DNA of 64,000 bases from Minisyncoccota bacterium (GTDB lineage: Bacteria > Patescibacteriota > Microgenomatia > UBA1400 > PJMF01). Location: assembly GCA_009885085.1 (NCBI GenBank), contig VFLK01000009.1, positions 3,810 to 67,809 of the forward strand, in the 5' to 3' direction. This document shows, in pieces, positions 28,989-37,857 of the stretch. Below the pieces are notes generated by a model that was not told the origin of the DNA, did no database searches, and saw nothing but the letters and a program-made list of their open reading frames with translations. The first letter of the stretch is position 1. Each line of letters starts with the position of its first letter. The translations under genes and the position numbers were made by a program.

Positions 28989-29900
28989 ATGGCTTGCATA
29001 AATTGTAATTCAACCACCTCTCCAACAATGAAAGACTTTCAGTCAAAGAATATTTTCACATGGTGTACCAACTGCGGAAATTACGGAATCCATACTGCTA
29101 TAAGAAGAGCGTTGGTTTCAAAGAAAATTTTGGCTTGTAATACACTTACCTGCTTTGATATTGGTTGTAATGGAAATGGATCTGATAAAATTGGTGGATA
29201 TAATTTTCATGGTTTGCATGGAAGAGCCATTCCATTAGCAGTTGGGGCTGAGATGGCTAATAGAAATGTTACAGTAATTGCTTTTGGTGGTGATGGCGGG
29301 ACTCTTGGCGAGGGAATTGGACATTTAGTTCACGCCGTCAGAGGTAACTACAATATTACTTTTGTTTTGCATAATAATTTAAACTATGGATTAACCACCG
29401 GACAAGCTTCTGCAACAACAAAAAAGAGTATGAAGATGAATTGTTCTCCAGATGGAACAAATTCTGAGCTTTTGCATCCTTTAAAATTTGTTTTATCACT
29501 TGAATCTACATTTGTAGCCAGAAGTTTTTCGGGAGACGTAAAACATATGAGCAAAGTCTTTGAACAAGCATTAGATCATAAAGGCTTTAGCTTTGTAGAA
29601 ATTTTGCAAAGTTGTCCAACTTATAATAAAGAAACTCCTCACGAGTGGTATATGGATAGAGTTTATGATGTGGGAACTATCGACGGATATGATAGTTCTA
29701 ATCGGGAATTAGCACTAAAAACTGCTCAGGACCAAGAGGAAAAAATAGCCATTGGTGTTTTATATCAAGACAAAAACAGCATCCCTCAAATTGACAGACA
29801 AATGAATAGAAATGGGCAGATGGGGATTAAGATCGAAACAGAAGTTTACGAAGAAACAAGACAATATGATATTTCAAAATTACTTGAGAAATTTAGATAA
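28989..29900 (+). CDS. 2-oxoacid:ferredoxin oxidoreductase beta (TPP-binding) subunit
   Basis: WCTNCGNYG...GCNGNGSD...VIAFGGDGG TPP/Cys motifs; start at the ATG at 28989 immediately after the alpha stop (the longer ORF-track N-terminus is rejected). Confidence 0.85.
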   Translation: MACINCNSTTSPTMKDFQSKNIFTWCTNCGNYGIHTAIRRALVSKKILACNTLTCFDIGCNGNGSDKIGGYNFHGLHGRAIPLAVGAEMANRNVTVIAFGGDGGTLGEGIGHLVHAVRGNYNITFVLHNNLNYGLTTGQASATTKKSMKMNCSPDGTNSELLHPLKFVLSLESTFVARSFSGDVKHMSKVFEQALDHKGFSFVEILQSCPTYNKETPHEWYMDRVYDVGTIDGYDSSNRELALKTAQDQEEKIAIGVLYQDKNSIPQIDRQMNRNGQMGIKIETEVYEETRQYDISKLLEKFR

Positions 29901-29913
29901 TTTTAAAATTCTT

Positions 29914-30300
29914 TTAAGATAGGGCAGCGTTTATTTCGTTAATAACTGTTTCAATCGAAATATTTGCTTTGACAAAGTATTTTTTTACTCCCATTTTAAG
30001 AGCTGTACCTGCCTCACTATCTAAATTAGTTAGTATAAAAAGTGGTATTTTTAAAAGTTGCTGATCTGCTTGTATTTTTTCAAGAACATCGAATCCATTC
30101 ATTCCACCTGGGAGCATTAAATCTAAAATAATTAATTGAGGTATTTCAGTCTTTAATTGTTGTAGGCCTTCTGCACCTGTAGCTGCAAAAACTACATTAT
30201 AGCCAGCATTTGTTAAAGCAGCTTTATATGCTTTTTGTAAGGGTATGTCATCCTCGATGACTAATATTGATTTTTTATTTTCAATTAGCGTGTTACTCAT
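29914..30300 (-). CDS. Stand-alone response-regulator receiver domain
   Basis: ILVIEDDIPL...IILDLMLPGGMNGFDV...KKYFVK; 128 aa with no output domain. Confidence 0.8.
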   Translation of the reverse strand: MSNTLIENKKSILVIEDDIPLQKAYKAALTNAGYNVVFAATGAEGLQQLKTEIPQLIILDLMLPGGMNGFDVLEKIQADQQLLKIPLFILTNLDSEAGTALKMGVKKYFVKANISIETVINEINAALS

Positions 30301-30370
30301 AGAGGTAATTTAATATAAAAAAATAATTAATTAATTCTATCTAATATATACCTATTTGACCAGCATTTGT

Positions 30371-32977
30371 TTAAATTTCTTTAGGAAATTTTCTGTTATA
30401 AATCCATTTAAAAATTTCTATTGCACCGATTACCCCAAAGCTTACTGTAAATACAACCACCCAGTCCATGAATTCTAGGGAGGTGGTACCTAGAAGGTTT
30501 TGCAAAGGTTTTAAGTGAACTGAAAGAAAAGTTAAAATTATTCCGAATAGAGAAGCTATAATTAGCCACATATTCTTAAAGATAGACTCATTCCAAATAT
30601 TTTTAGTTAGCGACCTGCAAGAAAAAACATACAGCAGTGAATCAATACTGAGAGTTGCAAAGACCATTGTTCTAGCGAGTTCTTCGCCCCTTTGCTGCCA
30701 ATTAATCCAGAAAACCGCAAGACAACTAATGGCAGTTGTTAAAGAGATAATCGTAATGAGGAATAACATTTCATTGTCGATGAGTCTAGCTTTTGGAGAA
30801 AGTGGTTTCCTTTTCAAGAGATCTTGGTCCTTGGGATCGATTGTTAGAGCTAGGTTTGGCAGGCCGTCATCAATTAAATTTATCCAAAGAATTTGTACGG
30901 CTGTAATTGCAGCTGGCCAACCCATTAGAAGACTAACCAAAACAATTATAATTTCTGAAAATGAGTCACTAAGTAAATATAGGGCCACCTTTTTTAGGTT
31001 CTCGAGCATCGATCTGCCTTCTTCCACTGAGGCAGTAATTGTTTCCATATTGGAGTCGAGTAATATTAGGTCAGCAGCCTCTTTGGCAATTTCGCTTGCT
31101 TCTTCTACAACTATTCCTATGTCTGATACGGCTAGCGCAGGTGCGTCATTAACTCCATCGCCCATCATTCCGACAATTTCCCCATTTGCTTGCAGTGCCT
31201 TTACAATTCTGAGTTTTTGAGAGGGCTTGGTTCTAGAAAATAAGAGAATTGAGTTAACCCTGCTTCTTAGTTCGTCATCGCTCATTTTTTCTAGCTCTTG
31301 TCCTTCAATCATCTGATCACTTTTAACATTAAAGCCTATTTTTTCCATCACAGCCAATGCAGTAGTTCTAAAATCTCCAGTAATAACTTTTATTTTTATT
31401 CCGGCTTCTTGAGTTTTGTTAATTGAAGCCTTTACTGAAGCTCTGATCGGATCTTCAAAGGCCATTAGACCCAACCAATTTACTATTTTTTTATTAACAT
31501 CATCTTTCTTAAGCTTTGAAAATACTTCCTTTGCACTTTCACTTGATTCACATTTAATATAAGCAAAACCAATTAATCTTCTTCCTTTTTGTGCCCAGTT
31601 TTCAATTAAATTCTCATATTCATTAATGGTGCTTGTGGAGGAATTAGAACGTAGCAACATTTCTTCAGGAGCTCCAGAAAGATAAATAAATTCTTTATGT
31701 CTGGAAGCAAGAAACCTTCTCTCTACAGAGAAAGGAATAGTTTCATCTCGTTCCTCCTGTATAACTAATTCTTCTGGAGAGACCAATCTACTTTGTGTTA
31801 ATCCCAGGCTATTATCTTTGGAAACTTTTAGTGCCCATTGCCATCTGGCGAGTTCAATCGGATCTCTAAGGTCATTTGCAAGGGTACTAGCTTTATAAGC
31901 TAATAGTACGTCGGTAAGTTTAGTTTCAATTACTCTCATTTTTCCCTCTGTGAGAGTTCCTGTTTTATCAACACAAACTGTAGTTACACTTCCTAGAGTT
32001 TCTGCTGCAACCAATGATTTTACTAATCCTTTTCTTTTTAATATTCGGTGCATACCAATTGCCAAAATTGCTGTTAGTCCTACCACGAGTCCTTCTGGAA
32101 TGGCCGCAACTGCTAGAGCAACTGCTGTCGTAAACATTTCAATTGGATCCTTTTTCATTGCTATACCAATTGCGAAGATAAATATTGAAAGTAAGATAAT
32201 TCCAATTGTTATAAATCTGGCAAGATGATCTAGTTTTACTTCGAGCGGGGTTTTTGCCATTTGATTTTCAACTAAATGAGTAGCGATTTTTCCCATCTCA
32301 GTTTTCATTCCTGTCGAGGTGATGAGAATTTTTCCTGAGCCACTAACTATGGTTGTGCCCATATACAAGAGACTAATAGCCTTTGAGTTGTTAATTTTAT
32401 TTGCTTGATTGATGAATTCATCAATTGTTTCTTCAGAAATGTGATTTTTAAATAAATTTTTTGAGACGGGAACGCTTTCACCAGTTAAAAGTGCTTCATC
32501 AATTAGTAAATCATTGTCCTCAATAATAATTCCATCAGCTGGTACTTTATCGCCCTCATAAAGTACGACAATATCACCCGGAACAATTTTAGCAATTTCA
32601 ATTTCAATTTTTTGGCCTATTTTTTCAAAATCATTATTTCTGATCACCCAAGCTTTATGTGTGACAACTTTTTTTAAAGCATCTAGAGATTTGTAAGCTT
32701 TTCTTTCTTGAATAAAACCTAAAATAGTATTTACAATTATTGCCAGAGATATAACAAATGAGTCTGTATAATCGCCAACAATAGCAGTTATTATGGTTGC
32801 AATTATTAAAACCAGAACTAAAGGATTCTTAAATTGTTTTAAAATAAAATATAGATCTGTAGGTGGCTTTTTTCCAACTAATTGATTGAGGCCAAATTTA
32901 TCTAGCTGTTTTTCTGCGAACTCATTATTTAATCCTGACAATCTGATGTTGCTAACAGAAAAACTTGTTTTAATCAT
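30371..32977 (-). CDS. Cation-transporting P-type ATPase (P2-type, Ca2+/Mg2+-like)
   Basis: CVDKTGTLTEG phosphorylation site, TGES-like actuator region, GDGVNDAPALAVSDIGI hinge, 10 TM helices. Confidence 0.9.
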   Translation of the reverse strand: MIKTSFSVSNIRLSGLNNEFAEKQLDKFGLNQLVGKKPPTDLYFILKQFKNPLVLVLIIATIITAIVGDYTDSFVISLAIIVNTILGFIQERKAYKSLDALKKVVTHKAWVIRNNDFEKIGQKIEIEIAKIVPGDIVVLYEGDKVPADGIIIEDNDLLIDEALLTGESVPVSKNLFKNHISEETIDEFINQANKINNSKAISLLYMGTTIVSGSGKILITSTGMKTEMGKIATHLVENQMAKTPLEVKLDHLARFITIGIILLSIFIFAIGIAMKKDPIEMFTTAVALAVAAIPEGLVVGLTAILAIGMHRILKRKGLVKSLVAAETLGSVTTVCVDKTGTLTEGKMRVIETKLTDVLLAYKASTLANDLRDPIELARWQWALKVSKDNSLGLTQSRLVSPEELVIQEERDETIPFSVERRFLASRHKEFIYLSGAPEEMLLRSNSSTSTINEYENLIENWAQKGRRLIGFAYIKCESSESAKEVFSKLKKDDVNKKIVNWLGLMAFEDPIRASVKASINKTQEAGIKIKVITGDFRTTALAVMEKIGFNVKSDQMIEGQELEKMSDDELRSRVNSILLFSRTKPSQKLRIVKALQANGEIVGMMGDGVNDAPALAVSDIGIVVEEASEIAKEAADLILLDSNMETITASVEEGRSMLENLKKVALYLLSDSFSEIIIVLVSLLMGWPAAITAVQILWINLIDDGLPNLALTIDPKDQDLLKRKPLSPKARLIDNEMLFLITIISLTTAISCLAVFWINWQQRGEELARTMVFATLSIDSLLYVFSCRSLTKNIWNESIFKNMWLIIASLFGIILTFLSVHLKPLQNLLGTTSLEFMDWVVVFTVSFGVIGAIEIFKWIYNRKFPKEI

Positions 32978-32996
32978 TTGTTAATCTTATTATTTA

Positions 32997-33941
32997 TTGA
33001 TCTATTGTGCAATAGATTCAAGTACCTCTGTTAAAAATAGTGTCTTTTGTTATAGTAGCTTATTAGGAAAAATGATTATGCCAGATAAATTTTCAGCTAC
33101 TTGGGTTTCTCATTCATCAATTGGGGACTTTTTAAAATGTCCCAGATCTTATTATTTAAAAAATATCTATAAAGATCCAAATACTGGAAATAAAATCCAG
33201 ATAACTTCAGCGCCACTATCTTTGGGTTCTGCAGTTCACGAAGTAGTTGAGGCCTTGTCCGCGATATCAACCAAAGATAGATTCAAGGATTCTTTACTAG
33301 AGAAATTTGATAATGCATGGAAAAAATATTCTGGAAAGATGGGTGGCTTTACCAGTGAAGCTCAAGAAGAAGAGTTCAAAAAGGAAGGCAGGGAAATGAT
33401 AAGAAAAATTATTAAAAACCCTGGTCCTTTGAAAGCTCTTTCAGTTAAAATTAAAGAGGATTTGCCATATTATTGGTTATCAGATGAAGATAATATTATT
33501 TTATGTGGCAAGATAGACTGGCTTGAATATTTACCTACTACTGATGGCGTTCATGTCATCGATTTCAAAACCTCAAAAAAAGAGGAAGATGAAAATTCGC
33601 TTCAACTTCCAATTTATCATCTTTTAGTTAAAAATACTCAAAATAGAACAGTAGAAAAAGTAAGTTACTGGTATCTTCGACTAAGTGACGTGTTACAAGA
33701 AAAAAAATTGCCAAATTTGGAAGAGGCTCACGAGAAAATTCTAGCTATTGCAAAGAAAATGAAGACTGCTCGCAAATTGAATGTTTTTAAATGTCCAGAA
33801 GGAGAGAATGGATGTTTTGCATGCAAGCCTATGGAGTCGGTGCTTCGCGGTGAGGCGGAGTTTGTTGGAGTTGGAGGCTATAAAAGAGATGTTTATATAC
33901 TGAGTGAAAAAGATAATTCTAAAAGTAGTACTATTTTATAG
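32997..33941 (+). CDS. PD-(D/E)XK nuclease family protein with a Cas4/AddB-like 4-Cys cluster (start may be the internal ATG ~33073)
   Basis: N-terminal FLKCPRSYYLKNIY, core GKIDWLEY...VHVIDFKTSKK (D..D/E.K), and C-terminal CPEGENGCFAC giving C...CxxxxxCxxC Fe-S ligands. Confidence 0.6.
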   Translation: MIYCAIDSSTSVKNSVFCYSSLLGKMIMPDKFSATWVSHSSIGDFLKCPRSYYLKNIYKDPNTGNKIQITSAPLSLGSAVHEVVEALSAISTKDRFKDSLLEKFDNAWKKYSGKMGGFTSEAQEEEFKKEGREMIRKIIKNPGPLKALSVKIKEDLPYYWLSDEDNIILCGKIDWLEYLPTTDGVHVIDFKTSKKEEDENSLQLPIYHLLVKNTQNRTVEKVSYWYLRLSDVLQEKKLPNLEEAHEKILAIAKKMKTARKLNVFKCPEGENGCFACKPMESVLRGEAEFVGVGGYKRDVYILSEKDNSKSSTIL

Positions 33942-33959
33942 TTTTTTTGCAAGCAGGTT

Positions 33960-34259
33960 TTGCGGTATACTTATTTTATGCAAGAAAATATCGGCGATTT
34001 GCAAGCTAGTATTGATAAATTAGAGAAATCAGTTTCATTTTTAGGAGAACAAGTTAGAAGGCAAAACTCATATAGAAGAAATGCTAGCTTGTCACTAGTG
34101 AGAGGATTTAGCACTGCCGTGGGAGCTACCGTAATTTTTGGAGTTATTTTAGCTTCTTTATTACAGATAGTAAGATCTATCGATTATGTCCCAATAGTTA
34201 ATAATTTAATGAGTTCAGAGGCTATTGAGAGCATTATTAATAAATTTACTCAGCCATAA
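33960..34259 (+). CDS. Hypothetical small membrane protein
   Basis: 99 aa with one central TM helix (VGATVIFGVILASLLQIV). Confidence 0.3.
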   Translation: MRYTYFMQENIGDLQASIDKLEKSVSFLGEQVRRQNSYRRNASLSLVRGFSTAVGATVIFGVILASLLQIVRSIDYVPIVNNLMSSEAIESIINKFTQP

Positions 34260-34291
34260 TTTATTACGTTAGTTTAACCAGGAGAATATTT

Positions 34292-34843
34292 ATGACAAAA
34301 ATTGTAATTTTTGTGGGTACTGCGAGAGAAAATAGTAAAACTAGAAAAGTGGTTGATTTTGTAGAGCATCTCATTACTGAAAAGTATCAGCTTGAAACTA
34401 TAGTTGTAGATCCAAGGGAGATGAATTTTCAACTGAATGATGAGGCACAGCGAGAAAGCTTTCCTGACTTAAAAAAAATTGTAGCAGAAGCTGATGCTTA
34501 TATAATTGTTGCCCCTGAATATAACCACGGATATTCAGCTGGGTTGAAGTTTATTTTAGATTTAAATATTAAAGAGTATATACACAAGCCAGTATCACTT
34601 GTTGGTGTTTCTAACGGTCCTTTTGGTGGTGTTAGAGTTGTCCAACAATTAGTTTCAATTGTAAGAAGATTGGGCATGGTTCCTATTCGTTTTGATTTTC
34701 TTGTTAGTGAGGTTAATAGTATGTTCGCTGAAAATGGCAAGATAGAAGATCAAGAGAAATGGGAGAAAAGAGCTGTTCCCATGCTCGATGAACTAGTTTG
34801 GATGACCAAAGCTTTACAGAATGCGAGAGAAACGTCTGAATGA
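34292..34843 (+). CDS. NAD(P)H-dependent FMN reductase family protein
   Basis: MTKIVIFVGTARENSKTRKV flavodoxin-like fold N-terminus and AYIIVAPEYNHGYS motif. Confidence 0.7.
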   Translation: MTKIVIFVGTARENSKTRKVVDFVEHLITEKYQLETIVVDPREMNFQLNDEAQRESFPDLKKIVAEADAYIIVAPEYNHGYSAGLKFILDLNIKEYIHKPVSLVGVSNGPFGGVRVVQQLVSIVRRLGMVPIRFDFLVSEVNSMFAENGKIEDQEKWEKRAVPMLDELVWMTKALQNARETSE

Positions 34844-34853
34844 TAGGATATTT

Positions 34854-35537
34854 ATGTCCAAAGAAGAAGATTTTATCAGCACTTTTTTCTTTTCTTTAGT
34901 TGGCCGAAAGCCAGAAGAAGCGGAAAAAGCAATTTTGAACGCTATTCTAGTTTCTGCAATTGATTATGGAATTAATCCAGCAAGTGGCTTTGTACCTCGC
35001 GTCGTATCTTCTTCTGGCGGAGATGTGCTTTCTGCCATGGCTACTTCGTTATTGGCAATTGGTCCATACCACGGTGGAGCTATTTCAGCAGCTATGGATA
35101 TTTTTAAAACAATTAATGAAGATGGTTCTGATATTGAAAAAGCTTGTGATAATTTGATTGACTCCTACATCTTAGATAAAAAAAGAGTTCCGGGGTTTGG
35201 TCATCCAGTTTATGAAGATTTTGATCCTAGAGCTAGAGAATTATTTGATTTAGCAAGAAAAAATAATTTAAATATTCAATTTATGAATATCGCTAAGCAA
35301 CTAGAGCATTCTCTGGAAGACAAACTGAGTTACAAAGTAAATAAAAAATTAATTTTGAATATAGATGGGGCGATTGCAGCTCTGCTATTAACTATTGGGA
35401 TTGATCCAAAAGTTGGAAATGCAATTTTTGGTCTAGCAAGAGTAGCTGGAAGCATCGCGCATATAGTTGAAGAGCAAAAAGATGATAAAGGTGTTAGACG
35501 GCTTGAAGATGAAGATGTAGAGTATATATCGAAATAA
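34854..35537 (+). CDS. Citrate synthase-family C-terminal domain protein (citryl-CoA lyase-like)
   Basis: GFGHPVYEDFDPRA matches the citrate synthase signature G[FY]GH.VY...DPR; the upstream block RVVSSSGGDVLSAMATSLLAIGPYHGGA matches the CS core; ~227 aa, so it lacks the CS N-terminal half. Confidence 0.6.
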   Translation: MSKEEDFISTFFFSLVGRKPEEAEKAILNAILVSAIDYGINPASGFVPRVVSSSGGDVLSAMATSLLAIGPYHGGAISAAMDIFKTINEDGSDIEKACDNLIDSYILDKKRVPGFGHPVYEDFDPRARELFDLARKNNLNIQFMNIAKQLEHSLEDKLSYKVNKKLILNIDGAIAALLLTIGIDPKVGNAIFGLARVAGSIAHIVEEQKDDKGVRRLEDEDVEYISK

Positions 35538-35582
35538 AATAGTGTTATTATTCAGAAATAAGTAGCAAAAATTGGAGAAAAA

Positions 35583-36260
35583 ATGAACGTAATTACATAT
35601 TTAATTAGTTTTATATTGCATTTAGATAAACATCTGGCTGAGATAATTTCAACCTATGGATCACTAACCTATTTTCTTTTTTTTGTAATCGTTTTTGCAG
35701 AAACTGGTTTGGTAGTGTTTCCTTTTTTGCCTGGAGATTCTTTATTATTTGCTGCCGGAACATTTGCGGCACTCGGATCTTTAAATTTTTTAGTAACATT
35801 CTTAATTTTGTTTGTGGCTGCAGTTCTTGGAGATTCAGCTAATTATTGGATCGGAAATATTTTTGGTAAAAAAATTGTAGATAATCCTAAAATTACTTTT
35901 ATTAATCAAGAGCATATTGATAAAACCGAAGCATTTTACAAAAAATATGGCGCCAAAACAATTATACTTGCCAGATTTGTGCCTATCGTTCGTACCTTTG
36001 CGCCATTTGTTGCTGGTGTTGGGAAAATGAATTACCAGCAATTCTTTATGTATAATATTCTTGGTGGATTTGCATGGGTTACTATATTTATGAGCCTTGG
36101 TTACTTCTTTGGGAATGTAGAAATTGTCAAAGAGCATTTCTCAGTGGCAATATTAGCAATTGTGGGTATTTCAGTTATTCCAATGATTATTGAATATATT
36201 AAACACAAAAATTCTCCATCTACTCCAATTAAGGATCTTAAAAAGGTTGTTAATAAATAA
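35583..36260 (+). CDS. DedA/TVP38-family membrane protein
   Basis: FPFLPGDSLLFAAGTFAALG...ARFVPIVRTFAPFVAG DedA motifs. Confidence 0.85.
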   Translation: MNVITYLISFILHLDKHLAEIISTYGSLTYFLFFVIVFAETGLVVFPFLPGDSLLFAAGTFAALGSLNFLVTFLILFVAAVLGDSANYWIGNIFGKKIVDNPKITFINQEHIDKTEAFYKKYGAKTIILARFVPIVRTFAPFVAGVGKMNYQQFFMYNILGGFAWVTIFMSLGYFFGNVEIVKEHFSVAILAIVGISVIPMIIEYIKHKNSPSTPIKDLKKVVNK

Positions 36261-36268
36261 CAAATTTT

Positions 36269-36847
36269 ATGGAATATCCAAAGTCATCACAACCAATGCC
36301 TAAAACTGCGAAGCAAGTTTTCAAGGGAGAAATTTTTGAAGTTTGGCAGTGGCAGCAAACTTTATTCGATGGTTCTGTCAAAACCTTTGAAAAAGCAAAG
36401 AGAAGATCGTCAGTGGGAATTTTTCCAGTTACCGAAGATGGAAAAATAATTGTTTCATTACAAAAACAGCCTTTGATGAAGCCATTTATTAGTATGCTTG
36501 GTGGAGTCGTTGATGAAGGTGAGTTGCCTATTAAAGCAGCAGAACGAGAGCTAATGGAAGAGGCAGGCATGCAAGCAGAGAGTCTGGTTCCTTGGTTTTC
36601 TTTCCAACCTGTTACAAAAATTGAGTGGCCGATATTTATGTATATTGCTAAAGGTTGTAAAAAAATTGGAGACCAAACTCTAGACTCTGGTGAAAAAATT
36701 AAATTGAGGTATGTCACCTGGGATGAGTTTCTAGAAATAGTCGCTCAGGATGACTTCAGAGATTACGAAGTTGCTCTTAGATTTTTGAAAGCGATGCAGA
36801 GAGAAGGTGAGCTCGAGAAAATTAAGCAAGTTATTTTTTCGCAATAG
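36269..36847 (+). CDS. NUDIX hydrolase (ADP-ribose pyrophosphatase-like)
   Basis: Nudix box LGGVVDEGELPIKAAERELMEEAGM. Confidence 0.75.
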   Translation: MEYPKSSQPMPKTAKQVFKGEIFEVWQWQQTLFDGSVKTFEKAKRRSSVGIFPVTEDGKIIVSLQKQPLMKPFISMLGGVVDEGELPIKAAERELMEEAGMQAESLVPWFSFQPVTKIEWPIFMYIAKGCKKIGDQTLDSGEKIKLRYVTWDEFLEIVAQDDFRDYEVALRFLKAMQREGELEKIKQVIFSQ

Positions 36848-37814
36848 CCTCTATGGCTGATTTTATTTCATTCTCATATTCATGAGCAATAAAACCAATA
36901 AAAATTAAAATATTTTCTGATATTACGTTTGCGCCCAAAGAGTTTTCTTGATTTTCTAATAGTGCAAAATCAGTTCTTTTTCCTACAGAATTTAATAAAT
37001 AAAATTTATTGTCTTCAAGTTTTACAAATCCCTTAATTCTAAATATATTTTTTGATGTTTCATTGATCAATTTTTCTAGCTCATCTTTTTTAAATTTCCC
37101 GATAGGCCTGAGGTCAAACGTTTGAATTTGATCTTCGTGAATATGGTCTGCGTGTGGTTGAGTTGAAGTTTCATTTTTTAGTTCTTCAAGCAAAGCGGAT
37201 AAGTCTTTTGAGTTGAGGCCAAACACAAGTTTTGATGACACTTTTCCGTTAGGAGCTTCAATAATTGGAGATTGGGTATTAAGTTCGCGAACATAACCAA
37301 CAACTGCTTTTTTCTTGGCGATATCGACTAGCTCAATCTTATTGAAGATAATTAAATCAGTAAATTTGGTTTGGTTTTGCGAAGTAACACTAAGATCTTT
37401 GTATCCTTCAAAATTAACAACATCAATAATTCCAATTACGCCATCTCGAGTAAGATATGGGTGCGAAGAAATCATCATAGCTAAAGCCGAAGGATCGGCG
37501 GCTCCAGAAGCTTCTATGATTATTCTGTCAGGTGAAAAGGTTTCAACAATCTCATTAATTGAGCTAATAAATGGGCCAACTAAAGTGCAACATATGCATC
37601 CATTTAGAAGCTCTTTAGTTCTAATACCCTTACCTTCTAAGATTTTACCGTCTATATCTGTATCACCAATTTCATTTTTAATATAAATGACTTGTTGATT
37701 GCTGGCCTGGAGCTCATCGATTAAATTTGAAATGATTGTTGTTTTGCCAGATCCCAAGAAACCTGAAAAGACAGTGGTTGGGATTTTGTTTTTTTGTATT
37801 TCTAGTTCATTCAT
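36831..37814 (-). CDS. CobW/COG0523 family metal-chaperone GTPase
   Basis: P-loop GFLGSGKTT, the diagnostic CICCT metal-binding motif, and a C-terminal CobW_C-like domain. Confidence 0.85.
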   Translation of the reverse strand: MNELEIQKNKIPTTVFSGFLGSGKTTIISNLIDELQASNQQVIYIKNEIGDTDIDGKILEGKGIRTKELLNGCICCTLVGPFISSINEIVETFSPDRIIIEASGAADPSALAMMISSHPYLTRDGVIGIIDVVNFEGYKDLSVTSQNQTKFTDLIIFNKIELVDIAKKKAVVGYVRELNTQSPIIEAPNGKVSSKLVFGLNSKDLSALLEELKNETSTQPHADHIHEDQIQTFDLRPIGKFKKDELEKLINETSKNIFRIKGFVKLEDNKFYLLNSVGKRTDFALLENQENSLGANVISENILIFIGFIAHEYENEIKSAIEAIAKK

Positions 37815-37857
37815 AAATTAATTTTAAACTACTAAATGAGAAAAAGTAGTTAGATTT

